Assembly: GCA_016297215.1 (NCBI GenBank)
Contig: JAEDGZ010000007.1
Coordinates: 1,312-65,311, forward strand
Length of the DNA: 64,000 nucleotides
Direction: 5' to 3'
Source of the DNA: Paludibacteraceae bacterium
Lineage (GTDB): Bacteria > Bacteroidota > Bacteroidia > Bacteroidales > Paludibacteraceae
The notes beneath the pieces were generated by a model that worked only from the letters and a program-made list of their open reading frames with translations, was not told the DNA's origin and made no database searches. Both the position numbers and the translations under genes were made by a program. Below, one piece after another: positions 17,377-26,769 of this stretch; the stretch's first letter is position 1, and each line of letters begins with the position of its first letter.

Positions 17377-18456
17377 TTACAACTTCGCCTCGTATGCCTT
17401 GATACAATCTACCAATGCCTGCACACCTTCTACGTCCATTGCGTTGTAGCAACTTGCGCGGAATCCGCCTACCAAGCGGTGTCCCTTGATACCTACCATG
17501 CCGCGCTCGCTGGCGAACTTAAAGAAGTCGTCTTTCAGTTCTTCGTACTCGGGCTTGGGCACGAAGCAGATATTCATGCGCGAGCGGTCTTCTTTGTCGA
17601 GGATGGTGGGCACAAACATCTTCGAGTGGTCAAGGCAATCGTAGAGCAGGTCTGCTTTCTGCTGATTGCGTTGGTCTATCCATGCTAAGCCGCCGTGTGC
17701 TTTGAGCCAACGGAGGTTGAGCAGCGCGGTGTAGATAGGCAATACAGGAGGCGTGTTGAACATCGAGCCGCCATCGATATGCGTCTGATAGTTGAGCATC
17801 GTCGGGATATAGCGCGACACCTTGCCTAAGGCAGACTCTTTCACAATCACGAACGTTACACCCGCGGGAGCGATGTTCTTCTGCGCACCGCCGTAAATCA
17901 CGTCAAACTGACTCGCGTCAATCGGGCGACTGAGGATATCAGAAGACATATCGGCAATCAAAGGCACATTCCCTTTCTTGGCGTAAATCTCTTGCAGTTT
18001 GCGCTCCGAGATCTCCGTACCGAAGATGGTGTTGTTGGTGGTGATATGGAAGTAGTCAGCATCCTGCGGAATCTCATAACCGCTGGGGATGGAGTTGGTG
18101 GACTCGCCTACCACCTCCACCTCGCCGAAGCCCTTTGCTTCTTTGATGGCTTTCTTCGACCATACACCCGTGTTCAGATACGCTGCTTTCTTCTCGAGGA
18201 AGTTATACGGAATCATGCAGAACTGCAGGCTGGCGCCGCCGCCGAGGAAGAGTACGCGATACCCTTCGGGCACGCCCAGCAACTCTTTGAAGAGCGCCTC
18301 TGCCTCGTCCACTACGGGCTGGAAATACTTCGCGCGGTGGCTGATTTCGAGGATAGAGAGCCCCTCTCCCTGAAAATCCAATACCGCCTCTGCGGTTTGC
18401 TTAATCACTTCTTGTGGCAGGATACTCGGTCCCGCATTAAAATTGTACTTTTTCAT
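17377..18456 (-). CDS. serC: Phosphoserine aminotransferase
   Basis: 359 aa. The N-terminus [27 protein letters not shown] and the PLP class V fold are typical of SerC. Confidence 0.93.
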   Translation of the reverse strand: MKKYNFNAGPSILPQEVIKQTAEAVLDFQGEGLSILEISHRAKYFQPVVDEAEALFKELLGVPEGYRVLFLGGGASLQFCMIPYNFLEKKAAYLNTGVWSKKAIKEAKGFGEVEVVGESTNSIPSGYEIPQDADYFHITTNNTIFGTEISERKLQEIYAKKGNVPLIADMSSDILSRPIDASQFDVIYGGAQKNIAPAGVTFVIVKESALGKVSRYIPTMLNYQTHIDGGSMFNTPPVLPIYTALLNLRWLKAHGGLAWIDQRNQQKADLLYDCLDHSKMFVPTILDKEDRSRMNICFVPKPEYEELKDDFFKFASERGMVGIKGHRLVGGFRASCYNAMDVEGVQALVDCIKAYEAKL

Positions 18457-18508
18457 AAATGAGTGTTTGTATTAGAAAAGGTTATTACTTCATGTCTGTG
18501 AACGTTAT

Positions 18509-18790
18509 AACTACTCTTTCCCTCTGGAACATATAATTATCGTGTAATTATTCGTACAATTTTGCAACGAAAAATTAATGGTTAATTACATGATAATTAT
18601 ATGTTAAAAGAACTACTCTTTCCCTCTGGAACATATAATTATCGTGTAATTATTCGTATAATTTTGCAACGAAAAATTAATGGTTAATTATACGATAATT
18701 ATATGTTAAAAGATAATGGCAATTAACGGAGAAAACTCAACGAAAAATTAATGGTTAATTACACGATAATTATATGTTAAAAGATAACAG
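18509..18790. repeat. Tandem array of AT-rich hairpin elements (2 full 102-bp units plus a partial third)
   Basis: Unit 18509-18610 is aactactctttccctctggaacatataattatcgtgtaattattcgtacaattttgcaacgaaaaattaatggttaattacatgataattatatgttaaaag. It is repeated at 18611-18712, and a third right arm lies at 18740-18782. Each unit folds (aacatataattatcgtgtaatta / taattacatgataattatatgtt). Confidence 0.9.
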
Positions 18791-18806
18791 CAATTAACGG
18801 AGAACG

Positions 18807-20723
18807 TTATCGCTTCGCCACCATCCCGTCTTTCCACTTGCTCTTCGTGGGCGGGAGCACCTCGCTGTCGGCTTGCGCCACGGCTTCTTTCACGGCTTTC
18901 TTCACCTTCTTCACCGCGGTCTTGGCGGCGCTCACTGCTGTCTCCACGAGGTCGGCATGCTCCATCCAGCATACCGCATCGCCTTTCGCCACGCGCGCGC
19001 CCTGCTGCTTATCCACCGCCACCAGTCGGCAGTGGTCAGGCGCCGTCAGCGGCTCTATGCCGTGCGCTGTCTCCAGATAGCATACCACCTCGCCGCGGCG
19101 GAAGAACGTGCCGAAGACGGGCGCTTGGCTCTCGCTGTTGAAGTCCAACTCCCACAGCACTTTACCGTTCCGGGTAGCCTCCACGGGCTCGGCGGACGGG
19201 TGCAGGATAGCGCGCTTGTCCGCAGCGGAGATGAACGTAACCTGCTGACCGCCTTTCGCCGCTTTCTCCATGCGCTCCAGCAGGTCTTTGTTGAACTGCT
19301 CTTTCGCCTGCCCGCTCTTGTACTCGCGGTATTGTTTCTCGTGCATCGCGAACTCGAACAACTCCTCGTCGTCTTGTCCGCGGTCCCAGCCGTTCTTCTC
19401 CATCTCTTCGATGAAGCGCGGCAACTCATCGGGGTAGAGCGCCTGCGGGTCGTCGGTGTAGAACTCGAAGCCTTTCTCTTTCGCCAACTCCACTATCTCC
19501 GGTGCCAACTCGCCCGGCAACTTACCCGACTTGCCTAAAATCATGCCCCACATCGCGGGGTCCATGCGCGTGAACGGTTTCTCGCCCATAGATTTCGAGA
19601 ACAGGTTCATCAGCGCAGCGTTCTTCACGTATTGCGAGAACGGCGTTACCAAGCACGGCGTGCCCAACATCGGCCATATCCGTTGCACCTCCTCGAACAA
19701 CTCCACCAGCAACTCGTCTTCCGACAGCGCTTTCTCCCCGCGTTTCACGAGGTTGGCGTTTATCGCCGCGTGCATACCTTTCAGGTCAGCCATCAGCGAG
19801 CCCATCATGCCGCCCGGCAGTCCGCAGCCCACCAGCAACGACGTCATCTTCGAGTTACGCGGGTCTATCCAGTAGCCCAAGAACTCATCGATGAACGACT
19901 GTGTCAGGCTCCGCGCCTCCATATAGGCTTTCATGTTGATATCCTTCACGAGGAATCCCGCGTCTTTGAGCATCGCCTGAATGGTAATCACGTCGGGGTG
20001 CACCATGCCCCAACTCAGCGGCTCCATCGCCACGTCCAGCACGTCGCCGCCGGCTTTCGCCACCTCCAGCATCGACGCCACCGAGAAGTCCGGACCCGTG
20101 TGCCCGTGGTATTGGATGATGATGTCGGGATGTTTCTCCTTGATGGCTGCCACTATCGTGCCCAGCATCGCAGGGCGCCCGATGCCCGCCATGTCTTTCA
20201 GGCAAATCTCCTGCGCGCCGCCTTCTATCAACTGCTCGGCGAGGTTGATGTAGTACTCCGCCGTATGCACTTTCGAGTAGGTGATACACATCGTCGCCTG
20301 CGCGGTCATGCCTGCCTCTTTCGCCCATTTAATCGAGGGGATGATGTTCCGCGGGTCGTTCAGTCCGCAGAAGATACGGGTGATGTCCACTCCCTGTGCG
20401 TGCTTCACTTTGTACATCAGTTGTCGCACGTCGGCGGGCACGGGGTTCATGCGCAGTGCGTTCAGTCCGCGGTCCAGCATGTGCGTCTTGATACCGGCTT
20501 CGTGGAAGAACTTCGTGAAGGTGCGCACGGCTTGGTTGGGGTTCTCGCCATAGAGCAGGTTCACCTGCTCGCTCGCGCCGCCGTTCGTCTCCACGCGATC
20601 GAAGCAACCCATGTCGATGATCACGGGTGCAATCTTTGCTAACTGGTCTTTGCGCGGCACATACTTACCGCTCGACTGCCACATGTCGCGATAGACAAGG
20701 CTAAACTGAATCTCCTTTTTCAT
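18807..20723 (-). CDS. Carboxyltransferase of the oxaloacetate decarboxylase alpha / transcarboxylase 5S / PycB family, with a degenerate biotinyl-like C-terminal domain
   Basis: 638 aa. The N-terminal HMGL-like TIM barrel has (VETNGGA, CLKDMAGIG, QYHGHTGP). The C-terminal barrel-sandwich-like segment GEVVCYLETAHGIEPLTAP..GDAVCWME has ETAHG where EAMKM is expected. Confidence 0.8.
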   Translation of the reverse strand: MKKEIQFSLVYRDMWQSSGKYVPRKDQLAKIAPVIIDMGCFDRVETNGGASEQVNLLYGENPNQAVRTFTKFFHEAGIKTHMLDRGLNALRMNPVPADVRQLMYKVKHAQGVDITRIFCGLNDPRNIIPSIKWAKEAGMTAQATMCITYSKVHTAEYYINLAEQLIEGGAQEICLKDMAGIGRPAMLGTIVAAIKEKHPDIIIQYHGHTGPDFSVASMLEVAKAGGDVLDVAMEPLSWGMVHPDVITIQAMLKDAGFLVKDINMKAYMEARSLTQSFIDEFLGYWIDPRNSKMTSLLVGCGLPGGMMGSLMADLKGMHAAINANLVKRGEKALSEDELLVELFEEVQRIWPMLGTPCLVTPFSQYVKNAALMNLFSKSMGEKPFTRMDPAMWGMILGKSGKLPGELAPEIVELAKEKGFEFYTDDPQALYPDELPRFIEEMEKNGWDRGQDDEELFEFAMHEKQYREYKSGQAKEQFNKDLLERMEKAAKGGQQVTFISAADKRAILHPSAEPVEATRNGKVLWELDFNSESQAPVFGTFFRRGEVVCYLETAHGIEPLTAPDHCRLVAVDKQQGARVAKGDAVCWMEHADLVETAVSAAKTAVKKVKKAVKEAVAQADSEVLPPTKSKWKDGMVAKR

Positions 20724-20754
20724 ATTGTAATAGTGTATAGTTCTAAATCCGCCG

Positions 20755-20762
20755 CAAAGTTA
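20755..20762 (-). promoter_or_regulatory. -7 box TAACTTTG upstream of the carboxyltransferase gene
   Basis: The reverse complement of caaagtta matches TAnnTTTG, 32 nt upstream of the ATG at 20723. Confidence 0.5.
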
Positions 20763-20866
20763 CAACTTTTTTCTGACATAAGCAAAGAAAACGGGAAATT
20801 ATTTTCGACCCTGTTTCGTAAGCCATTCCCCCGCCTGCTAAGAACCTGAAACCTGAAACTATGAAT

Positions 20867-20901
20867 AAAAAATGTGTTGAACTGCCGGTACAGTTCAACA
20901 C
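20867..20901 (-). terminator. Rho-independent terminator (minus strand), member of a duplicated terminator module
   Basis: The stem gtgttgaactg / cagttcaacac is followed on the minus strand by tttttt. A near-identical ~45-nt module lies at 25499-25540. Confidence 0.8.
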
Positions 20902-20932
20902 ATATCGTGTACAAACCCTATCGTATGTACTT

Positions 20933-23101
20933 CTATTGTTGCTTTTGCCCCAAAAGGGTATAAGTTCCCTGTTCGGTTACAATCAGGATATGCCCGTCTT
21001 GCAGTTGCAGACGCGCGTTGCCGCTCGCAGCCTCGGTGGAGCCTATTGCGGTCGCTTCCTGCACCAAAACCGCCATCGGAATATACACATCGGCAGCCCC
21101 GCGAGAGCGCAGGCGCAGATAAGCCTCGTGCACGCCTATCTCTTCCGATTGGAATCCTATACCCAATACGCCGCCTTCGACGGGCAGAGAGTTCGGCGTG
21201 ATGGTGAAGTTGCTCGGGTTGCTGCCGCCTATGGCAATGCTAATCGGCTCTGTCAGGTTCTTTCCTTCCACGTTGAGTGCAATGGCTTCTATCTGCTCCG
21301 GTTGGGTGGTCAGTCGGATGAGGGTGGAGTCGGCGGTGATAGCAGGCAGGTCCGTGCGCCCCCACGACACCTCGTCTATCAGGTAGGTAGCGCTTCCCGT
21401 CTGCCCGCTGTTGCCCGTGAAGCGGAATGCCATGAAGAACACATCGGGGATGTACGCCTGACCGGCAAGGTTGATATGTATGTCTTGCCAGTCGCCTGCC
21501 TCGTCCGCGGTCTGCGGCATAGGTATCTCCAAGTCTTGGAAGAACACATCCTTAGGCACGGTCGCATCGATAAAGAACACGCTGAGGGCAGCCGATTGCC
21601 CCTCGTACAAGTAGTCTCCGCGCACGCGGAAAGTGAATATCTGCTCGGCGGCGTTCTTATAGTCGAGCGCAGGCGTTACGAGCCACATCTCCCACGGCAG
21701 CGAGTCTTTCTCTTGGTAGATATACGCAGTGGCTTTCGCGCAGCGTTCTACCACCGTCCCGTCTTCCTTATCCTCATAGCCCCACCACGGTCTGTCGCCT
21801 TTCTTTACCACATTCTGCCAGTCTGCCAGCGTGAGCGGTTTGTTGTGGGTGATGTTGTCAAAAGGCTCGTTCAGCAGGGCATACGGCTTGCTCATGTCCC
21901 ATTTGAACTCCTTGCTCCATTCCTCGGCAGGGTCTGTCGGCGTGGCAGTGGTGGTACCCGTGAGCCTCATCTGCTGTTTCTGCACGCCCGGGCTGGACCA
22001 ATAGACGGTTGCCGAATAGGTGCCTGCTTTGGTCGGGTGGAAGGTGATACGGGTCTGCGCCTCCATGTTCTTCGGCAGCAGGGTGGAGGAGACGGTGAAA
22101 GCAGGATACTCGTCATCGTTGAGGATGGTGACGGTGATGTCTTCCGTGCAGTTGAGGCTATGCACCATCACGCTATCCACTGCGTATCCGCCTACCGTGG
22201 TGCTGAACGCGGGCAGGCTGGTGGGGCTGATGGTCAGTTCGGGTTGCTGCGTCGGGTCGCTGGCAGAGCCGCTGAGCGACAGGCTGACGAAGTCTTGCGT
22301 CGCCTCCGGACTATCCACCAAGAGCATGCCTTTGTGCACCCCTGCCGCAGTGGGCTTGTACCATAGTTTCACCTGCTCCTCGGCAGCAGTTACCTGCGTC
22401 TTCTCCAATACGAACATATCGGCGTTGGCGCCCGTGATACTCAGCGAAATAGGCTGCGTCAGGTTGCCCTGACGGATGGTCAGCGTCGCCATCAGTTTCT
22501 CTTCGTTCACCTGTGCGGTAACGGCGTTTATCTTCTCGGGGAAGACGGTGAACCAAGGTGTGCTGTTCTCTGTGCGCTTCAGGCTGAACCCGTCGAAAAT
22601 CACCTTGACCCCTTTCTTCACCATCACGCTCACGCTCAGGTAGGTACCATCCTGCGGCTTGGTGGTGCTTACTTTCAGTTCTTGCCATCCTGTGCCGATG
22701 GGCAGTTCCTGATTGAGTGCGGCGCTGTCGTGCACCCCTTCCGTCGGGCGGGCGTAGAGCCATGCGCTGTTGAGTGCCAAATCGCCGGCTTGGGCTTCCA
22801 GCACCTTGTAGTGGATGGTCAATTCAAACTCCTGCCCTATTACATCTGTGCGGAGGTCCACATCTTGTTGCAGCGACCGCTTCTGCGTTACATTGACGGT
22901 GCGGAGGGCTTGGACTCCGTCGTACACATCGGTGGTCTCGATAGCAATCTCTGCGCCGAAAGACCAGTCATCAAACTGTGTCCCAAAGAGGAAGTTGGTG
23001 GATGCACTCTCAAAATCGCCGTTCGCGATAAGGTTCTCTTCGGCGAACACAGTGCCCATACCTGTTAGGATGGCGCACAAGATACTCCAAAAGCGTTTCA
23101 T
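20933..23101 (-). CDS. Secreted protein of unknown function, probable T9SS cargo
   Basis: 722 aa with signal peptide MKRFWSILCAILTGMGTVFA and Ig-like repeat content. The C-terminal tail is ..ARLQLQDGHILIVTEQGTYTLLGQK. Confidence 0.7.
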   Translation of the reverse strand: MKRFWSILCAILTGMGTVFAEENLIANGDFESASTNFLFGTQFDDWSFGAEIAIETTDVYDGVQALRTVNVTQKRSLQQDVDLRTDVIGQEFELTIHYKVLEAQAGDLALNSAWLYARPTEGVHDSAALNQELPIGTGWQELKVSTTKPQDGTYLSVSVMVKKGVKVIFDGFSLKRTENSTPWFTVFPEKINAVTAQVNEEKLMATLTIRQGNLTQPISLSITGANADMFVLEKTQVTAAEEQVKLWYKPTAAGVHKGMLLVDSPEATQDFVSLSLSGSASDPTQQPELTISPTSLPAFSTTVGGYAVDSVMVHSLNCTEDITVTILNDDEYPAFTVSSTLLPKNMEAQTRITFHPTKAGTYSATVYWSSPGVQKQQMRLTGTTTATPTDPAEEWSKEFKWDMSKPYALLNEPFDNITHNKPLTLADWQNVVKKGDRPWWGYEDKEDGTVVERCAKATAYIYQEKDSLPWEMWLVTPALDYKNAAEQIFTFRVRGDYLYEGQSAALSVFFIDATVPKDVFFQDLEIPMPQTADEAGDWQDIHINLAGQAYIPDVFFMAFRFTGNSGQTGSATYLIDEVSWGRTDLPAITADSTLIRLTTQPEQIEAIALNVEGKNLTEPISIAIGGSNPSNFTITPNSLPVEGGVLGIGFQSEEIGVHEAYLRLRSRGAADVYIPMAVLVQEATAIGSTEAASGNARLQLQDGHILIVTEQGTYTLLGQKQQ

Positions 23102-23131
23102 GATAGGTGTTTAATTATAGGTTATTCGTCT

Positions 23132-23170
23132 AAAAAGGCTGTCTAAGTCCTTGCGGAATTAGGCAGCCTT
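23132..23170 (-). terminator. Rho-independent terminator after the 23187-25052 gene
   Basis: The stem aaggctgtctaa / ttaggcagcctt is followed on the minus strand by a T-run. Confidence 0.7.
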
Positions 23171-23186
23171 TCTATGGATGGTGCTA

Positions 23187-25052
23187 TTATCGTATTACCT
23201 TATAGGTACTATTGCCTTTGCGGATGATGTTCACACCCGATTGCAGACCGCTGACACGCTGTCCCATGATGGTGTAAACCTCCATAGACTCTTTTGCCTC
23301 TACGGCTTCCATGCCTGCGCCTATATCTACCGTCTCAATATCCTCTGCGTTACGCGGGCGAATCACAGTGCCTGACGAGGAGGAAGAGATACCCGTTACG
23401 TTAGCCGCCTCGGGCTTCGCAGTGCCAATCAGCGGGTTGCCTGCCAAGAGGTTGATGTTGGCGGTTGCTTCACCTTGCGTAATCTTGCTACTGCCTTGTG
23501 CAAAGTTCTCTACGGTACGGTCAAGTTCAACACCCTTCACTACCACGAGTTCCAGCAGATAGTCTGCTGCATTGGCTTTCAACTCCGCCAAGGTAACTTC
23601 TTGTGGTGTTACTGTGTTGTCGCGGCTAACGACTTTTACTTTGCTGTCCATAGCCAAGAAAGGTTGAATGCCCCATGCTAATTCTCCGTTGTATGCTAAG
23701 ATGTTGCTTACTTTGTCGCCTAATGTAACGCCAATCCAATATGGTGCATCAATGTTGACAGCCCCCGTAGCATCCTCTATGGTAAAGAAGGTGGTGCCTT
23801 CCTCCATATTGGATTCAATGAAAGTAACGACTGCCTCGCCGGTGAACTTTACAACTACATCCCAACCATATCCTTCTGCACCTTTGGCTTTCATCGTAGC
23901 CACATCCGCGCAACGTGTCAATACCTTGGCTGCCCAGTTGACGGTTACCGTTTCGGTCAAGTCGCCGCTGGTCAGTTTGATGGTATCGGAACTGCCCTCC
24001 TCGGGAGAAGCAGTGGTCGGTGTCAGGGTAACGATGATTTCCTTGCCATCTGCCAAGTCGGCATCATCTTTTGCAATAGTGGTTGCAGAGAGGGTCAGTT
24101 CGGGAGAGGTGCAGGTTAAAGTGATGTCCTCGGTGAGGTTCTCTGCCATCACGGTAAGGGTGTCGGTATAGGTCTCGCCGGTGAAAGTGCAATAGTAGGT
24201 AGGATCCATGAAGGTTATCTCCTCATCGGCAACAATCACAGGCTCTGCGGGCTTCGGGTCATCGCCCCCGCCTTCGCTCGTCTCAAACAAATCCGCCCAC
24301 TCGGTAGCCACCTTAATCTCATCTACAAACACTCTACCCGGGGTATTGCTACCCTTGCGCAAGTTTACAGAGGCTATATACGATATGTCTGCTTTGGCGT
24401 TGGCTTTTGTTTGGTCGCAGGATATGGTCGGCGTAGCAGTGGTGCTGGTCGGGTCAATATACAATCGCACTACGTCATTTGTTGCACCTTCTACAAATTC
24501 GTATTCCAATACGATTAGATGGCTCGTCTTGGGTGAGAAAACAGCATTTGTCCATACTGTCGTTTCGGTATTCTTGGATATACCTAACTTGTAACCTGTA
24601 TAGGACTCATCAGTTTTGATAGTCTGGATATTCAAACGAGCATACATATTGGAATTGCTTGCATCGCCAAATGCCATAAAATAATCAGCATTTGTATTTC
24701 GCTTTAGCGAATCTACATTGATGATAGCGGCGGCATATATTTTGCCGGTTTGTACTCCATTAGCGGTGCTTGCAAACTGACGGAGGTCATCAGCACCATT
24801 ACCTACCAATTCGGCTTTGTTGCCTGTGCCGGTGGTTACATATCCTGCATACGACAAACTGCCCTCTGCTACTTGAATGTAGCCTGTCCCACTGAAAGAG
24901 TACCAATCTTTAGTGTTGTTCGTGGAAGCATCAGATGTGCCAACATTTAGTGTACCAACATTCCGATTGAATGTTTCGTGGAACTTCAACTCGGCATGAC
25001 TTGATAGGGTGAATGCCATTAAGGCACACAAAACAGTAAATACCTTTTTCAT
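23187..25052 (-). CDS. Secreted protein of unknown function, T9SS C-terminal sorting domain
   Basis: The start is taken at MKKVFTVLCALMAFTLSSHA (25052); the ORF-track extension to 25175 lies upstream of the -7 box. The C-terminal tail is MEVYTIMGQRVSGLQSGVNIIRKGNSTYKVIR. Confidence 0.75.
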   Translation of the reverse strand: MKKVFTVLCALMAFTLSSHAELKFHETFNRNVGTLNVGTSDASTNNTKDWYSFSGTGYIQVAEGSLSYAGYVTTGTGNKAELVGNGADDLRQFASTANGVQTGKIYAAAIINVDSLKRNTNADYFMAFGDASNSNMYARLNIQTIKTDESYTGYKLGISKNTETTVWTNAVFSPKTSHLIVLEYEFVEGATNDVVRLYIDPTSTTATPTISCDQTKANAKADISYIASVNLRKGSNTPGRVFVDEIKVATEWADLFETSEGGGDDPKPAEPVIVADEEITFMDPTYYCTFTGETYTDTLTVMAENLTEDITLTCTSPELTLSATTIAKDDADLADGKEIIVTLTPTTASPEEGSSDTIKLTSGDLTETVTVNWAAKVLTRCADVATMKAKGAEGYGWDVVVKFTGEAVVTFIESNMEEGTTFFTIEDATGAVNIDAPYWIGVTLGDKVSNILAYNGELAWGIQPFLAMDSKVKVVSRDNTVTPQEVTLAELKANAADYLLELVVVKGVELDRTVENFAQGSSKITQGEATANINLLAGNPLIGTAKPEAANVTGISSSSSGTVIRPRNAEDIETVDIGAGMEAVEAKESMEVYTIMGQRVSGLQSGVNIIRKGNSTYKVIR

Positions 25053-25103
25053 AATAATAGGAATTAAATGATTAATAAAAATGTTATTTTCTTGAATTTT
25101 TGG

Positions 25104-25111
25104 CAAAGGTA
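25104..25111 (-). promoter_or_regulatory. -7 box TACCTTTG
   Basis: The reverse complement of caaaggta lies 52 nt upstream of ATG 25052. Confidence 0.5.
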
Positions 25112-25259
25112 TTTGTTTTCTTTTACATACGCAAATTTTTGAGCAAAAATCTTGCAAAAAAGTGTGATTTTGCATATTATTAAGCTTTATTTAAGTGCAA
25201 AAGTGCGGAAGTAGCGTTTGTTTTTTGTTATGTATATGCTTTCAGAATGTTATTGTAAT

Positions 25260-25581
25260 GTGAACTCGAAATAAGATTTATACACAAAAATAAACAATAA
25301 TACTTGACAAAAACGAACAAAAACTCTTTTACTCAACAAATATTTTCAAATATTGTTCAAATAGGTTTTCTATAACATATAATTGTCATATAATTAATCA
25401 TCAATTCATTACCAAAAATCAAATTAGTCTTTGACTGCTGAAGTAACTCGCTTATATCGAGCTCACGTAATGTAGTACAACTTGTATATCATTACCATAA
25501 AAAATGTGTTGAACTGTCGGTGCAGTTCAACACATATCGTGTCAAGCATTCTTGAAACATGTAATTGTCGTTGCATTAATC
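25260..25581. repeat. Mosaic copy of the AT-rich foldback element family
   Basis: Segment 25260-25279 (gtgaactcgaaataagattt) is inverted relative to 25451-25467 (cttatatcgagctcacg). Segment 25374-25401 is aacatataattgtcatataattaatcat. Segment 25551-25581 (cttgaaacatgtaattgtcgttgcattaatc) matches the start of the 4305 element. Confidence 0.75.
25499..25533 (-). terminator. Rho-independent terminator of ddh (duplicate of the 20867 module)
   Basis: The stem gtgttgaactg / cagttcaacac is followed on the minus strand by tttttt. Confidence 0.8.
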
Positions 25582-25585
25582 TTTC

Positions 25586-26491
25586 TTACACCAATGCCTT
25601 GATGTTCTCTTCGGTGGTGCCGGGGAGGAGGTCGATGGGCGCGAGTTCTATCATCGTGAAGCAACCGCACTGCCCGCGTTGCTGCATGCGCACTGCGGCG
25701 CGGGCACAAGCCACGAGAATCTGACCGGTGAGCGCGGGGTTGTTGATGGTCATGTTGAACTCGAAATTCTGGTTGTGCATATTCGCCGACACGCCGTTGC
25801 GCACGAGGTGCACGCCATGCGCCACGTTGTTGAGCGCCTCCACCGAGGGCACCTCTATCACATGCGTCTCGTCGTGGGCGAAGTAATCATCGCGCAGCAG
25901 GTTGTGCTCCACGGTGTGGAAGTCCGCACCGTCCTCCAACTCTACATACACCATGCGGCGGTGGATACCCGTGCCCAACGGGATGGTCATCGACAGCGCG
26001 TTCTTCACTCCTTTGATACTCTTCGCCGCCACGGTGTGCCCCATGGAGCGCCCGGGACCGAAGTTGGTGTAGGTCAGCCCCTGCGGCGCCATTGCCAGCA
26101 GCAACGCGCGTACCACGGAGTCGCTCCCCGGGTCCCATCCCGCGGCGATGATGCTCACCGACTGCTGTTCGCGAGTCAGCGGCAGCAACTGCGCACGGTA
26201 GTCCAAAATCTGCCCGTGTATATCAAACGAATCGACCGTGCATATTCCTCTCGCAGCCAACTGCTTGGCAAACGCCGGCACCTCGCGCGTGGGCGTACAA
26301 AGCACGCACACATCGGCATCCAACAATTGTTGAACGGAGGATTGCCGGGTGCTGCCTGGAGACAGCACCTCCATGATTATCGAATCGGTATGGTGAAACA
26401 CTCCCGCGAGGGTCATATCTTCGGCAGCAAGCACCGCCTGCTCCACGGCTTTGCCGATATTGCCGTAACCAATAATTGCAACCTTTGTCAT
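25586..26491 (-). CDS. ddh: meso-Diaminopimelate D-dehydrogenase
   Basis: 301 aa with Rossmann start MTKVAIIGYGNIGK. Length and the internal GWDPGSDS-type segment fit the Ddh found in Bacteroidales. Confidence 0.75.
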   Translation of the reverse strand: MTKVAIIGYGNIGKAVEQAVLAAEDMTLAGVFHHTDSIIMEVLSPGSTRQSSVQQLLDADVCVLCTPTREVPAFAKQLAARGICTVDSFDIHGQILDYRAQLLPLTREQQSVSIIAAGWDPGSDSVVRALLLAMAPQGLTYTNFGPGRSMGHTVAAKSIKGVKNALSMTIPLGTGIHRRMVYVELEDGADFHTVEHNLLRDDYFAHDETHVIEVPSVEALNNVAHGVHLVRNGVSANMHNQNFEFNMTINNPALTGQILVACARAAVRMQQRGQCGCFTMIELAPIDLLPGTTEENIKALV

Positions 26492-26520
26492 AATGTAGTT
26501 TCAAGTTTCAAATTCGGCTG

Positions 26521-26528
26521 CAAAAGTA
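26521..26528 (-). promoter_or_regulatory. -7 box TACTTTTG upstream of ddh
   Basis: The reverse complement of caaaagta lies 30 nt upstream of ATG 26491. Confidence 0.5.
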
Positions 26529-26703
26529 CTGCTTTTTTTCGAGATATGCAAATATTTTTGACCGATTCGCTGAACGATTGAGCTATCGGGGATGCCCCGA
26601 CCAATCGCGGGCGGAAAGTTTGGAACAAACTGCCTTGGTATGTGTTGCAAACTCCCTCGCCTCCCTTTTAGAGGGGAGGAGGTGGTGGGTGTGTGGGGGA
26701 GGG

Positions 26704-26747
26704 TAAAAATAAATGAGGAGCGAGGAAAACGTTCCTCACTCCTCATT
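26704..26747 (-). terminator. Rho-independent terminator of the giant GLUG gene
   Basis: The stem aatgaggagcgagg / cctcactcctcatt is followed on the minus strand by tttatttttac. Confidence 0.75.
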
Positions 26748-26769
26748 ACTAATTGCAAGTCCTTACAAA

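Noticed and set aside
18509-18790. Possible CRISPR array, given regularly spaced repeats.
   Set aside because: The units are contiguous 102-bp duplications that include the spacer-like parts. There are no unique spacers, no leader and no cas genes in the window. The other tandem arrays have 7-11-nt periods, far too short.
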